A stretch of 64,000 nucleotides of DNA, from NCBI GenBank assembly GCA_951406725.2, contig OX597829.1, positions 32,426,001-32,490,000 on the forward strand, read 5' to 3'. Positions 12,179 to 24,789 of this stretch are shown piece by piece. The first letter of the stretch is position 1. Each line of letters begins with the position of its first letter. The notes beneath the pieces were generated by a model. It saw nothing but the letters and a program-made list of their open reading frames with translations, did no database searches and was not told where the DNA came from. A program made the translations under genes and the position numbers. Source of the stretch: Octopus vulgaris (lineage: Eukaryota).

Positions 12179-13244
12179 TCTTATTATAAAAGGCAGATTT
12201 TATCTGCCTCCCTTTGTCTCTTATAGAAATCTACAATATAGGATTTCTTCAATTAAAATTTACCTAGCATTTTTAAGAGTAGAATGCATCGGGTCGTGCC
12301 AGGTCCAGTTTTTCAAATTTCAACCCCAATTAAGCAAAATTTTGAGAAAACTCACATTGTGGTGTGTAAGTCAAGTGCTTTTCTTAGTGTGGGCTACAGC
12401 ACACACACACGCACACACACACAAACGGAGCGAACTGCTTCACTGATGCTATCACCCTAATTTCTCCTCCTTTCTCTTTGCAAGTGTGCAACGATTAAAA
12501 TGAAAGTATTTATATAAAACGAGAGAAGTGTACCTTAAACCACTACTCAAAAACAACAACACAGCAAACAGAAACAAATAAATACATAACGATTTACTAA
12601 AAACACAATTTCTTCAATTAGAGTTTACCTATGATTTTTCAAAGTACTTCCATTCGGTCATGGCATACAAAATTTCTTTCAATTTCACCCCCATTTCAGA
12701 AAAAAATTCGAGAAAACTAAATATTTTACCATTTCACTCTGCATATTACTCCCACTTCCTCTTTACACACATAGACACGCAAATATATAAATAAAATTGT
12801 AAGCTAACGTGTGAGTGTGTGTGTGTGTGTGCGTCTGTGTGTGTGTGAGGGTGCGTGTGTGTCTGTGTGTGTGTGTGTGAGTGTGTGACAGGGATGAGCA
12901 AGTCAAACTGGTCATCCTTTTTGCTAGATCACCTAACATCTAAAGTTATCTCTAAGTAGCAGTCGCCCAAAAGTGTATATAGACACACACATGTATGTAT
13001 AATGTGTGTGTATATATTTCCATAGAGGTAACCATTCACTCCATACAAAGTTATTTAGTACGAATTGGACGAATATAAGATCTAAAGTATATCCAAGTAG
13101 CAGAAAGATCGCCCAAAAGTGTATATAGATATTTAAATGTATTTATATATTCATCTATACACACATGTATGTATAATGTGTGTGTATATATTTCCATAGA
13201 GGTAACCATTCACTCCGCACAAAGTTTTTTAGGACGGACGAAAA
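12179..13244 (+). mobile_element. Helitron unit 2, head-to-tail after unit 1
   Basis: Starts with the same TCTTATTATAAAAGGCAGATTTTATCTGCC; first ~550 bp homologous to 10509-11030; internal ~140-bp direct repeat (12938-13075 / 13079-13240); no 3' terminus of its own. Confidence 0.82.
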
Positions 13245-14090
13245 TCTTTATATATAAAAGAAAGGTTGTGTGTCTGTCTGCTCCGATTTAGATTCCTAAC
13301 TACTCCCACATTTTGCGATGCAGTTCAACCAAAACCGAGTATCTTATAGTCGTGATTCATATCGAGCCCTTCTGGGTATTAGCGCGCGTCTACGATGAGT
13401 CTACGATTTTACAAATAATTTACCATCATTTTCTCCCAGTTTAATGCATATTTTTTTAAATAAAGGGAAGTAACTCTCAAACTTCACACCAATATGCGTG
13501 CTCATATGCGACGTAATATCACATCAGCAGCATTTCCTCACACCCTCCTTGCACTTGGCGAAGGCAAAATACCAGGGGATGAAAATGGTAATATTGCCAT
13601 CGATTCTATTTGTACCATTGTTAAGACGCCTTCTGATCTCAGAGATGCAGTGTTCCAAGATCTACAAGCTAATTATCAGAATATGGATTGGATTGGCCAA
13701 AAGGCTATACTGGCCCCGAGGAATAAAACTGTTCACCATATTAATGATGAAATGCTAAAACTCATTCCTGGGGAAGTCTATGTATATCAGTCTATCAATA
13801 CAACTCCTGACCCACAGGACGTCATCAACTATCCAATAGAGGTACTCAATTCCTTTGAGCACCCCGGACTAACACCACACATTCTCAAACTTAAAGTTGG
13901 TGTCCCTATAATGCTCATCAGAAATTTGGTTCCCCCAAAACAATGCAATGGCACACGTTTGATCGTTAAGTCCTTATCTCCCAGCGTAAACTTATATCAA
14001 TATTTGCCTGAATTATCATCATAATTCAGTGCAATCATTAACAGTACATTCAAGCAATTCAGCCCCGAGCAACGCCGGGCAATTCTGCTA

Positions 14091-14091
<1 letters not shown>
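13245..14091 (+). mobile_element. Helitron unit 3 carrying a PIF1-helicase fragment
   Basis: 5' TCTTTATATATAAAAG; 3' CCCGAGCAACGCCGGG...CTAG then T of an (AT)n tract. Confidence 0.85.
13494..14024 (+). pseudogene. Helitron Rep/Hel PIF1-family helicase C-terminal fragment (176-aa ORF)
   Basis: KAILAPRNKTVHHIN, YPIEVLNS...GLTPHILKLKVGVPIMLIRNL....CNGTRLIV are Helitron PIF1 motifs; lacks Walker A/B and Rep domains. Confidence 0.9.
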
Positions 14092-14143
<52 letters not shown>

Positions 14144-14348
14144 CATATATATATATATATACATATATATAAAGTTATTTTGTTACCGTTATTTACAGTA
14201 ATAATAAGGTTGCTAGCAAGTTCACACCTTTACAGGTACAATATAAAATAATTTAAGATGTATAGCCAGCTGGAGATGTTCTCCTGGGGCTACAATCTAC
14301 AGTAGCATCCACCCTTAGTGGTTAGCCACATTTAAGTGGCAAATATAC

Positions 14349-14388
<40 letters not shown>

Positions 14389-14390
14389 TA

Positions 14391-14599
14391 CAGTAATTCT
14401 TCGACTATTGCGGGTGTTACGTTCCAAATATCCCTGCGATAGGTGAAAATCCACCAAGTAGAAATAGTATTGTACTGTATATTTTAAAAAATTATTTTTA
14501 TAATTTACATGTATTTATATTATTATAAATGCAAAACACCACCACAGAGGAATCGGCGTACGCTTAAATAATAAACCGCGAAATGGCGAGGGATTACTC
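14391..14599. mobile_element. Tigger/pogo-like MITE
   Basis: TA|CAGTAATTCTTCG...GCGGG at left and CCGCG...CGAGGGATTACT at right form imperfect TIRs. Confidence 0.65.
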
Positions 14600-14614
14600 T
14601 CTCTCTCTCTCTGT

Positions 14615-14752
14615 CTGCTTACCAACCACATGGTTCCAGGTTCATTCCAATGCGTGGTACCTTGGGCAAGTGTCTTCTACTATAGCCTCGGGCCGACCAA
14701 AGCCTTGTAAGTGGATTTGGTAGATGGAAACTGAAAGAAGCCCGTCGTATAA

Positions 14753-14814
<62 letters not shown>

Positions 14815-15027
14815 ATGTTTGTGTGTCCGTGTTTGTCCCCGCAACATCACTTGACAACCGATAGTGGTGTCTTTACGTCCCCGTAACTTAGCGGTTCGGT
14901 AAGAGAGACCGATAGAATAAATACTAGGCTTATAAAGAATAAGTCCTGAGGTCAATGTGTCGACTAAAGGTGGTGCTCCAGCATGGCCGCTGTCAAATGA
15001 CTGAAACATGTAAAAGACAAAAAGAGA
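14615..15027 (+). mobile_element. tRNA/CORE-type SINE
   Basis: Homologous to the 16267 family; 5'-truncated. Confidence 0.85.
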
Positions 15028-15033
15028 AATATC

Positions 15034-15125
<92 letters not shown>

Positions 15126-15135
15126 CTCATAGATA

Positions 15136-15602
15136 TATGGTGTAAAGGGGAAAGCAAGTAAGGTTTATCCGTGGGAAGAAAAGCCTACGAAAAAGACCAC
15201 GATTGACCAAGGTTACCGTGGTCTTTTTCGTAGGCTTTTCTTCCCACGGATAAACCTTACTTGCTTTCCCCTTTACACCATATATCATAACACTGTGATA
15301 CACGATCCCTATTGATCGTTTTTTTTCCTCTTCCCCCTTTTTTCCCCTTTTTTCTTCTTTTTTCATTTCTCTTTCCTTTTGTTCCTTTTCCTTTTCTTTT
15401 TTTTTCTTTTTATTCCTTTTATTTTATTCAAATTTTTTTTTGTTCTTTTCTTCCCTTTTACGATCCCTCTTGATCGAAAACCTACACCCCCCCCTTTTTT
15501 TTTCTTTTGTTTTTTGTTCTCTTCATCCCCCAAAAGAAAAGCTCTACCTTGTAACTTGTCCCATCTGTGTGCAGCCCTGTGTGGCCAATAAAGAAACTTA
15601 TA
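15136..15602 (+). mobile_element. 5'-truncated non-LTR (L1/Tx1-like) 3' end with a 5' perfect hairpin and 12-bp TSD
   Basis: TACTCATAGATA at 15124-15135 and 15603-15614; T-rich UTR ending CCTGTGTGGCCAATAAAGAAA, similar in style to the Tx1 3' end at 46.8 kb. Confidence 0.65.
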
Positions 15603-16266
15603 TACTCATAGATAGTATGTAAAAGAACAATCGCATTCACACACACGTTTGTATAGGATAGGCTGTATTTATGATTACAGAATACTATAGGGATATTGAT
15701 TCCTTTCTCCTTCAGGCTCTACATATACTTGAATGAAGAGGTCAACACCTCTAGACCTAGCAATAATAAAATATTATTGCTAGGTCTTGAGGTGTTGAAT
15801 GTGATTGTTCTTTTACATACTATCTATGAGTATAATATTGTTCCCTCACTTCCATCTTCAGATCTTGCTACGACTCGATCCAAACGTGTATGATCAGCTC
15901 CTATATAGTCGAGCCCTAATTTCAAATCTAGTAAGCTGAAGATATAACAACCTTCATCCAAATGTCTGTACCGTCTAAGAAACTAATTAAATGCTTTATT
16001 GAAAAGACATACCTTATAAACGAAGGTAAAAGAATGTCTAAGTCTATGTGAAAGGGCATGTGGAACCTAGGTCGGTGTTTTCGAAGAAAGCGACAGTATT
16101 TTAATGGCTCTCACCGTTCTGAACATATTTGGTGCCATTATTTTCAAATGAAGATCAGCAATTTACAAATATGTTGTTGTTTTTTTATCTATGGATGGTA
16201 ATGTGTTTATAATATCAGCTTATGTCCTTAGCATCGATTTACTTTTGAGATGATTTAGATAATTCA

Positions 16267-16672
16267 CAGGAGTGGCTGTGTGGTAAGTAGCTTGTTTACC
16301 AACCACATGGTTCCGGGTTCAGTCCCACTGCGTGGCACCTTGGGCAAGTGTCTTCTTCTATAGCCTCGGGCCGACCAAAGCCTTGTGAGTGGATTTGGTA
16401 GACGGAAACTGAAAGAAGCCCGTCGTATATATGTATATATATATATGCGTGTGTTTGTGTGTCTGTGTTTGTCCCCCTAGCATTGCTTGACAACCGATGC
16501 TGGTGTGTTTATGTCCCCGTAACTTAGCGGTTCGGCAAAAAGAGACCGATAGAATAAGTACTGGGCTTACAAAAAAGAATAAGTCCCGGGGTCGAGTTGC
16601 TCGATTAAAGGTGGTGCTCCAGCATGGCCGCAGTCAAATGACTGAAACAAGTAAAAGAGAGAGTAAAGAGTA
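16267..16672 (+). mobile_element. tRNA/CORE-type SINE, near-consensus copy
   Basis: A box TGGCTGTGTGG, B box GGTTCAGTCCC, CORE-like CCTTGGGCAAGT, central microsatellite, tail GAAACAAGTAAAAGAG; more than 10 copies in the window. Confidence 0.88.
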
Positions 16673-16728
16673 TAATTGCAATAGGAAATAAATCAGCAAG
16701 TATGATATCAAACTATGTTCATATAATA

Positions 16729-17283
16729 TTGGGTTGTCCGGAAAGTTTGTGCCGATTTTTAAAGGAAAGAAAAAGGTTAATAAATACTTGCCATTACATT
16801 TTTAATCAACCAAATATGAACCATTTTGTTGCACAATGCGTCTCCATCTTTCCTCTAACTTGAAAATACCCTCTTCCCAGAATTGAGGTGGTTTCATGGC
16901 AAAGAATTCATCAAGGTATCTTTTTACGTCATCCAAGGAATTGAAATTTTTACCATGAAAACTATTCTGCAGAGACTTGAATAAGTGGAAATCCGAAGGA
17001 GCAATATCTGGTGAATATGGAGGGTAGGGAAACACATCCCAGCCAAGCTGCAGCAATTTTTGTCTGGTTCCCAAAGCCTCAAGTGCCAAAAATGAACTTT
17101 CTTATCTTCCATTTTAAAGGGTTACAGGTTATAGGAACATATTTTTTTTTCCACGAAAAGATAGCTTAAACTGTGCTCTAAATGGAGGTGTAGTCAAATT
17201 CTATTTTATGGACTCAAACATGTCCTAAAATAAGTCGAAAGGTAAGCTACTATAAATCGGCACGAACTTTCCGGACAACCTAA
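16729..17283 (-). mobile_element. Internally deleted mariner with both TIRs and TA TSD
   Basis: TA|TTGGGTTGTCCGGAAAGTTTGTGCCGATTT ... AAATCGGCACGAACTTTCCGGACAACCTAA|TA; ORF 16802-17089 has WDVFPYPPYSPDIAPSDFHLF. Confidence 0.92.
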
Positions 17284-17349
17284 TATTATAAACATGATAC
17301 GTACGGAGCCCACCTTTAAATCATTAAACACCAAACAGCCAAACTTTTT

Positions 17350-18640
17350 AAATGGCAAAAAAAATAATAAATCACTGAAAATGAAAGCCGTTGTTGGACT
17401 GATTGGCATCGTTGAAACCCTATCATGAAAGAGTTCTGAATTCTGACCGATCCTGATCAGTTGTGTCGCAGAGCAATTCACAGAAGCAAGTACTAGGGTT
17501 GATGATTTAAAGTTTTATTCTCATAAGGAAGGAAATGGCTCTCAACATCAGCATCATATTGCAGACTTGTTTGATGCCATTTCAAGAATACGAAATCCCT
17601 CCGAAGAAACCAGTAAATATCTTGAAGTATTAGACAATAAAGTGTGTAATGACAAGTAAGATGCAGTCTCTGTTCCTATTTTAGAATGAAGAGGGCAAAA
17701 ATCAATATAAGTTCCATAAAGAAGTGCATAACAAAAATGGTGTCTCTTACAAAGTCCCAGTGAATAAAAAACAAGCTGTTACTTCTTCAGGAAGAGAAAT
17801 TATAAGAGAAGACACCGAGTAAGAAAAACTATAGCGATATCAGTATTAAGTAGTCTTGTACAGACTGTCATTTCGCTACACCAGATAGCTGTGGGGAAAA
17901 TTTGCATGGATTCGTCTATCAGAACTCGTTATACCCTCCAGCACTTTTAGAAAGGGTTTGCATCTTCTACACCAAGTATACCTATTGACATATTCTTTGG
18001 AAGGTTGTTCAACTAATTACATAACTGGAGACTGAGAATTAGTTACACAAGATATTCATTAGTTGATAATTATTGGTAGCGAATCACTGATTTATTACCT
18101 GCTTGGAAGAACTGTCCAGGGAAAATATTTTTAAAGAATATGTCATGAAGGTTTTCTACCCAAAGGTTCAGGAGGGTTTGAAAAGGGCAGCAAGAATAGA
18201 TATTATCTGATATTTTTTATTGATAATCAAAAGTAGAGAAACGAGGAGCTGGTATGCAACAATGTATATTTGGGAGTGCCAAGATCCCAGAGAGGTACCA
18301 TTTTGAAAAATTGTTCTCATACCTTTCAACAAAACATATCGGAATACAGCATTCAAGAGATGAGTTTTTCTGCATAACTTTGGCATGTAGGAAAGATATT
18401 TTACTGAAGCAATGCAGTTATGAGGTGGCGGATACTTATGCCCAGCTATACCTACATCGTGTCCTCTATTATTCATCCCTTGAGAATTTCAGCCACATCA
18501 TCATTGCAAATTGAAAAACAAACAAACAAACAAAAAAGAAAAAGAAAGATCTTGCAATACACTAGTTCTCTCTCATGCTTGAAAGTGATACTATTTCAAG
18601 GCAAAGGAGAAAGTGCAGTGACTTATTGAAGAATTGGTAA
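17350..18640 (+). mobile_element. Decayed DNA-transposase remnant, possibly Academ-like (C-terminal Cys-rich region)
   Basis: Frameshifted fragments RY...F.K..ASST, QHSR, and a Cys-rich tail (HCK...SC...SCL...KGE) resemble CXC-containing transposase C-termini; family assignment tentative. Confidence 0.35.
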
Positions 18641-19476
18641 TTACCACTAACATTTTATATCATAAATCACAACTGAGAGCGGTTGTGATGCAGCTTGTCT
18701 GTAGACAAACTGTCTCCAAGGAATCTTGAGCTGTTGATGGCGGTAGTGGTTTCTTGAGTATGAAGAGGTTTTATCACAAGACCAGAATGTCTTCAGCCTT
18801 AATGTAAAATGCTCTTGCATAAATACAAGCTCATTGTGTAAGTATAAAAATGCAAAACTGGGATGAAGGTGTCAGCACAGCTACAAATGTGCTGAATTGA
18901 TTAGTATTTCTATGTTCATCACCAATTTAAAAGAAGAACAAAAACACTTTCCATAATTTACGAAACTATTTAATGTATTTAATCTTTGTTTTATTTACAC
19001 GCTGGATGTTTGGAGCCTTTGATGATTTATGGGTGTGGTCATTATAAGTCATTTAATTAAGCTTATATAAATTCTGATATTATGTTTGAAGACTTGTTTT
19101 TCTAAGCATTTTTTTTAATTATCTCTAAAATAACTTTATGTTAAAGGATTTACGATGATATAAACACGGTATAACTGAGATGACAATAACAGAGATAAAA
19201 ATAATTGTAAACACAATTGAAGGCATGCCTTTAAAAGTCAATGACACCGAATATTTCCTGACAGACTCCTCAACTCAAAGTTTAAAGCTGCTTGAATACT
19301 GTTATTTAAAAAAACAACACACACACACACACACACATACACAGTCTTATGTCCTTCCTTGAGTCTCACATGATCTCTTTTGAGCTAATCGTTATCTACT
19401 CGGGCTGAAGTTGTATTTTACACCAGTAAATTTCGGAATTGTACTTGCCTAGCATCTGATTTGATCCGCGGCCGTA

Positions 19477-19749
19477 TGTTGAAACTGTAGCAGATTCAAA
19501 ACTTGAACTGCTGGATAGCCGTGCACATACCACGATGAGATCATTGTCGTTTCACGTGATCGGCCGCTTAATCGACCAATCAGCATCAAGCCATCATGTA
19601 ATTCAACTTTCTAGAACCTCCTAGAGAATCCTATAAAACGGTAAGTTTTTGGCGGCAACTTCAGAATAGTGAGGCAGTTGTTGTATCGACTCCATTCTTA
19701 TTTTTCATTCACCATCCGTGCAAATAAAAGGTACAAATTTTGGTGTCAT
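19477..19749 (+). mobile_element. Putative LTR plus tRNA-Leu-type primer-binding site
   Basis: Starts TGTTG, contains CTATAAAA and AATAAA, ends ..TACA, followed within a few nt by TGGTGTCA; no partner LTR seen. Confidence 0.45.
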
Positions 19750-20332
19750 AAATTGAGTGCGATTAATTTCTCAGTTGTGACTGGCTAGTTACAGATTGAT
19801 ACGTGCCAGCTATTTTGTCGCAGACCATTGTGTACAAATTATTGCTTTTATTTTTCATCCTAAGATCGTCAGGGAAAACACTATGTGCTGTAAATAAAGC
19901 TTCTGCTAATTGTTTGTGAATATTGTTTATCAATTTCACATGCAGCTCAAGAGAGACATTTTCATTCTTCACCAACATCAATGTATTACAACACAACATA
20001 CGATAAAACTAAAACAACTACAGCATAGAACATAAATGTTAACCATTCAAACACACAACGTCGCCTGAATATCATTTGGTGTCAAAATTTTCATCACATA
20101 ATTACAGTGGAACCGTCTCAGTAACCAATGTCGCAGTTGGTGCAGCAGAAATCTTCGCACAAAATTGTAAATGTTTAAGAGAAATTAACAGCAGCCTTTG
20201 TGTGTTTTTGAATGGCTAATATGCGTCTTCCATGGAGGAATTCGAAATGGCTGATTACCAAGGCACCCTACTATACCCATTCTCGTGAAACAGGAACACA
20301 AGTAAATATTTATTCCTAACATAGGCGCAGGA

Positions 20333-20495
20333 GTGGTTGTGTGTTAAGAAGATTGCTTGCCAACCACATAGTTCCGGGTTCAGTCCCACGGCGTGGCACC
20401 TTGGACTAGTGTCTTCTACTGTAGCCTCGGGACGACCAAAGCATTGTGAGTGGATTTGCTAGGCAGAGACTGAAAGAAGCCAGTTGTATATATAG
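20333..20495 (+). mobile_element. tRNA/CORE-type SINE, 5' half
   Basis: GGCGCAGGAGTGG head to ACTGAAAGAAGCC. Confidence 0.8.
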
Positions 20496-20700
20496 ATCGT
20501 TAGCCACTATACATTCTTTAATTTAAAAGATTTATCTAAAAAAAAAAAAAAGATCAGAAAGAAGGATGCTAATTGGAAGACTACAGATCCAATCCATCAC
20601 TGGAACTGTAAAAATCTATAAAACTTTCCAGAAATTTATCATTTAAATATATATGAGCATGTCTAGATATGTAACTATATGCATGAGAATACATAATAAA

Positions 20701-20951
20701 ACATACATACATACATACATACATACATACATACATACATACATACATACATACATACATACATACATACATACATACATACATACATACATACATACAT
20801 ACATACATACATACATACATACATACATACATACATACATACATACATACATACATACATACATACATACATACATACATACATACATACATACATACAT
20901 ACATACATACATACATACATACATACATACATACATACATACATACATACA

Positions 20952-20982
<31 letters not shown>

Positions 20983-21028
20983 CATACATACATACATACA
21001 TACATACATACATACATACATACATACA
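20701..21028. repeat. (TACA)n microsatellite, ~330 bp, one interruption
   Basis: Directly visible. Confidence 0.98.
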
Positions 21029-21643
21029 TGAGCTCCTTTTATTGAACCTGGTCGCAGTTCATTTATTTTCGTTCAACGTCTGGCGGTTGTCTTAGGGGTG
21101 CCCTGTGTCAAAAAATATCATTCGTAACAGGCTATCTCTCGACAGCGTTCACACACACCTGATTCGGCTCAGAAGTCACAGCCCGAGATGTTATCTATAA
21201 TCGTAAAAATTAAAAGTACTGGATCTTCTCTGTTTGGTTGCCAGCGGCGGGCTGCCAGTGTCAATTTTCTGTTTGATTTCATATTCAGTGTATTGATACA
21301 CCTTTATAGGCTAATTAATGAGGTGAATTAATAATTAAAGTTTAAAAATTTTGGTAATTTTAGCCAGTCGTAAGTCACAGACACATTCATGTCTGTTTCG
21401 TGAGTAACAAGCGGAAACATGAGAACCTCCTTCGCTTGTTGTCATAGTAACAGTCTTTGAAAAGTTTTTTTATCTGCGAGGAAGCACATGTTGACAAATG
21501 TTTGTTTACTCGTTTCTTTTTGTCATTGCGCATTGGGGTGGTTGTGAGGTCTGCTAAAAATAACAGCTATATAAGATTTTTTTGATAAATCTTTTAAATT
21601 AAAGTTTATTTTTCTACCTACTCGCTCAGAGATTTATACATAC

Positions 21644-21675
<32 letters not shown>

Positions 21676-22714
21676 CATACATACATACATACATACATAC
21701 ATACATACATACATACATACATACATACATACATACATACATACATACATACATACATACATACATACATACATACATACATACATACATACATACATAC
21801 ATACATACATACATACATACATACATACATACATACATACATACATACATACATACATACATACATACATACATACATACATACATACATACATACATAC
21901 ATACATACATACATACATACATACATACATACATACATACATACATACATACATACATACATACAAATATTTATCAGTGGCGACTCCGGCACTAGGGATG
22001 TTCGGGCTTAGCCCGAGTATAAATTTGGTAAAGTGAACGTGTATTTACAGGCTAATTTAGTTTCTACCAACACTGACTTCAAGTATGTAATTTCAGCCAA
22101 TAATTTGAGCTCCTTTTATTGAACCTGGTCGCAGTTCATTTATTTTCGTTCAACGTCTGGCGGTTGTCTTAGGGGTGCCCTGTGTCAAAAAATATCATTC
22201 GTAACAGGCTATCTCTCGACAGCGTTCACACGCACCTGACTCGGCTCAGAAGTCACAGCCCGAGATGTTATCTATAATCGTAAAAATTAAAAGTACTGGA
22301 TCTTCTCTGTTTGGTTGCCAGCGGCGGGCTGCCAGTGTCAATTTTCTGTTTGATTTCATATTCAGTGTATTGATACACCTTTATAGGCTAATTAATGAGG
22401 TGAATTAATAATTAAAGTTTAAAAATTTTGGTAATTTTAGCCAGTCGTAAGTCACAGACACATTCATGTCTGTTTCGTGAGTAACAAGCGGAAACATGAG
22501 AACCTCCTTCGCTTGTTGTCATAGTAACAGTCTTTGAAAAGTTTTTTTTATCTGCGAGGAAGCACATGTTGACAAATGTTTGTTTACTCGTTTCTTTTTG
22601 TCATTGCGCATTGGGGTGGTTGTGAGGTCTGCTAAAAATAACAGCTATATAAGATTTTTTTGATAAATCTTTTAAATTAAAGTTTATTTTTCTACCTACT
22701 CGCTCAGAGATTTA
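21029..22714. repeat. 608-bp near-identical direct duplication (21029-21636 and 22106-22714)
   Basis: Only two substitutions and one poly-T indel seen between copies. Confidence 0.95.
21647..21965. repeat. Perfect (TACA)n microsatellite, ~320 bp
   Basis: Directly visible. Confidence 0.98.
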
Positions 22715-23206
22715 AAACTAACTGTTCTTTAAATTAACATAAACATTTATTTATATGAAAGAAAATTACCGGAGAACTTTCATTTGATTCTTCTAAATCT
22801 TTCTGTTAAAAATTCTAATGCGCATGTAACGTGTTGTTTTCCGCATTTGCATTGAGCACTTGTGGTTGTGAGGTGTGCTAACAGTTAAATAAGATTTATT
22901 TACATGAAGGAAAATTACCGGAGACATAACACGTGTTGTTTACAAATATTGACAACACGTGCTATTTTCAGGCTGTTGATGACAAAATGTGCAGTGACGC
23001 ACAAAATGACAGCTTCCAAATTCTGTTTCCTGACTGGGTGAAAATTATCAAACTTTTAACCTCTATAAATTTTTAAAAACGTTTTTCTGGGAAAAATTTA
23101 ATAACTTCAGCAATTCAGTTTGGGCAAGTGTATTTATTATTCAGCCAAATTTTGAAATTTTCGGTAAAACTTTTGGAGCCGCTGGCAACCAAATAGAAAA
23201 GACCCA
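22298..23206. mobile_element. Non-autonomous TIR DNA transposon
   Basis: GGATCTTCTCTGTTTGGTTGCCAGCGGC at left and GCCGCTGGCAACCAAATAGAAAAGACCC at right; possible degenerate 8-bp TSD (aaagtact/aaggtaat). Its left part is copied at 21221-21636. Confidence 0.7.
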
Positions 23207-23662
23207 AGGTAATTCAAATTCAATGTTTTCTTGAAACAATAAATTTCTATAGAGATTAGCTTTTAAATTCCAATCTATGAAAAGTTTCCATTCTTAAAGG
23301 AACGAAAAATTATCCAGGCTAATACGAACGAGCCTAGTAGGTATAAAAGACTAACTGGCATCTCTTCAAGAGTACAGGTGACAGTCAGATTGCAGATGTT
23401 TGTTGTGCACTCCGCAGTCGTTATTTGATTGTTGTTATTCTGTGTGTCTGTGTGTAAAGATCAGTTGTGTTTTGCAGGGCTACTTTACTTTTACCCTTAA
23501 CTTAGTAATGGAGAAACACATAGTGCTAGATATAAAAAAAAATAAGCCATTTGGGGGCTATAAATATTGCGGAAAAATGTGAAATTCTTTGAGCAGGCAT
23601 GTGCTTTATGCGAAATCTGTGATGAGTCCGAGTGACGCTGATGACCTGGTGTCGCTTTTGAT

Positions 23663-23737
<75 letters not shown>

Positions 23738-23799
23738 ATAGAATTTTTCGAAAAAATTCTGTCAATTAAAAAATACCTTTAAAGGTTAAATTTATAAAC

Positions 23800-23945
23800 A
23801 ATTTATAAGTAAGGGCAAAAGAAAAAAATTCTAATGCCAAAATATGCTTGTAGTGATATTATTACATGGTTATTGACGTAGTGTCCATTTTCGGCAAATT
23901 TTGGCATTAGAATTCTTTTCTTTTGCCCTTACTTATAAATTATAT
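23800..23945. repeat. Short foldback with ~50-bp arms
   Basis: AATTTATAAGTAAGGGCAAAAGAAAA..TTCTAATGCCAAAAT and its reverse complement. Confidence 0.85.
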
Positions 23946-24462
23946 ATATATATATATATATAATATGTGTGTGTGTGTGCCTGTCTGTCTCATGATATAG
24001 GAGTATGAAAGTATATGGGAGTATGAAATTCTGAAAAAGGAAGCATCCCCACCCCCCAAAAACAACACATAATTAGGAAACATGTATTTATTTTATCTTT
24101 ATTTAATATACATAAGCCTCCCACATGCTTCCCACATGTACTGTATTATTACGTTCTATTGACATATTTATCATGGCAGCAGCCTTCATAATATTATGAT
24201 GTCAATTATTGAATTAATACTACATTACTAACCATCATTTCTTGCATTGGTACAAGTCCTCACACTGTAAGGGCAAGTGGGTACTGTTGATTAAATAGAT
24301 CCTAGTGTTTGACTGGTACTTATTTCATCAATCCCCAAAGTATGCAAGCTGAAGTAGGCATTTGAACTCATAATATAAAAGGAATATTCTTCACATTAAG
24401 TACCATTTAATACTGCCACTGTACTGATTCCCCTGCCCATGTATGTACATATATGTATGTAC

Positions 24463-24495
<33 letters not shown>

Positions 24496-24601
24496 TGTAT
24501 GTATGTATGTATGTATGTATGTATGTATGTATGTATGTATGTATGTATGTATGTACGTACGTACGTACGCATGTATGTATGTATGTATGTATGTATGTAC
24601 G

Positions 24602-24635
<34 letters not shown>

Positions 24636-24789
24636 TGTATGTATATATGTATGTATGTATATATGTATGTACAAATATGTATATATGTACGCATATGTAT
24701 GTCTATGTATGTATGTTTATGTATGTATATGTATGTATACATGTATGTACACATGCATATGTATATATATAGATTGACCTTGAACTCTG

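Noticed and set aside
19763-20300. Coding-like minus-strand stretch (78-aa ORF)
   Set aside because: No recognisable motif and interrupted by stops; probably an unidentified TE relic.
20581-21992. ORFs of MYVC/HTYI repeats (also 24.4, 36.3, 37.6, 40.8, 43.1, 57.7, 61.5 kb)
   Set aside because: Stop-free translations of (TACA)n, (TA)n and (CA)n microsatellites, not proteins.
21029-22714. Reading the 608-bp direct repeats as LTRs of a TRIM
   Set aside because: They start with TG but do not end in CA, no PPT or TSD is evident, and copy A' is part of a larger TIR element.
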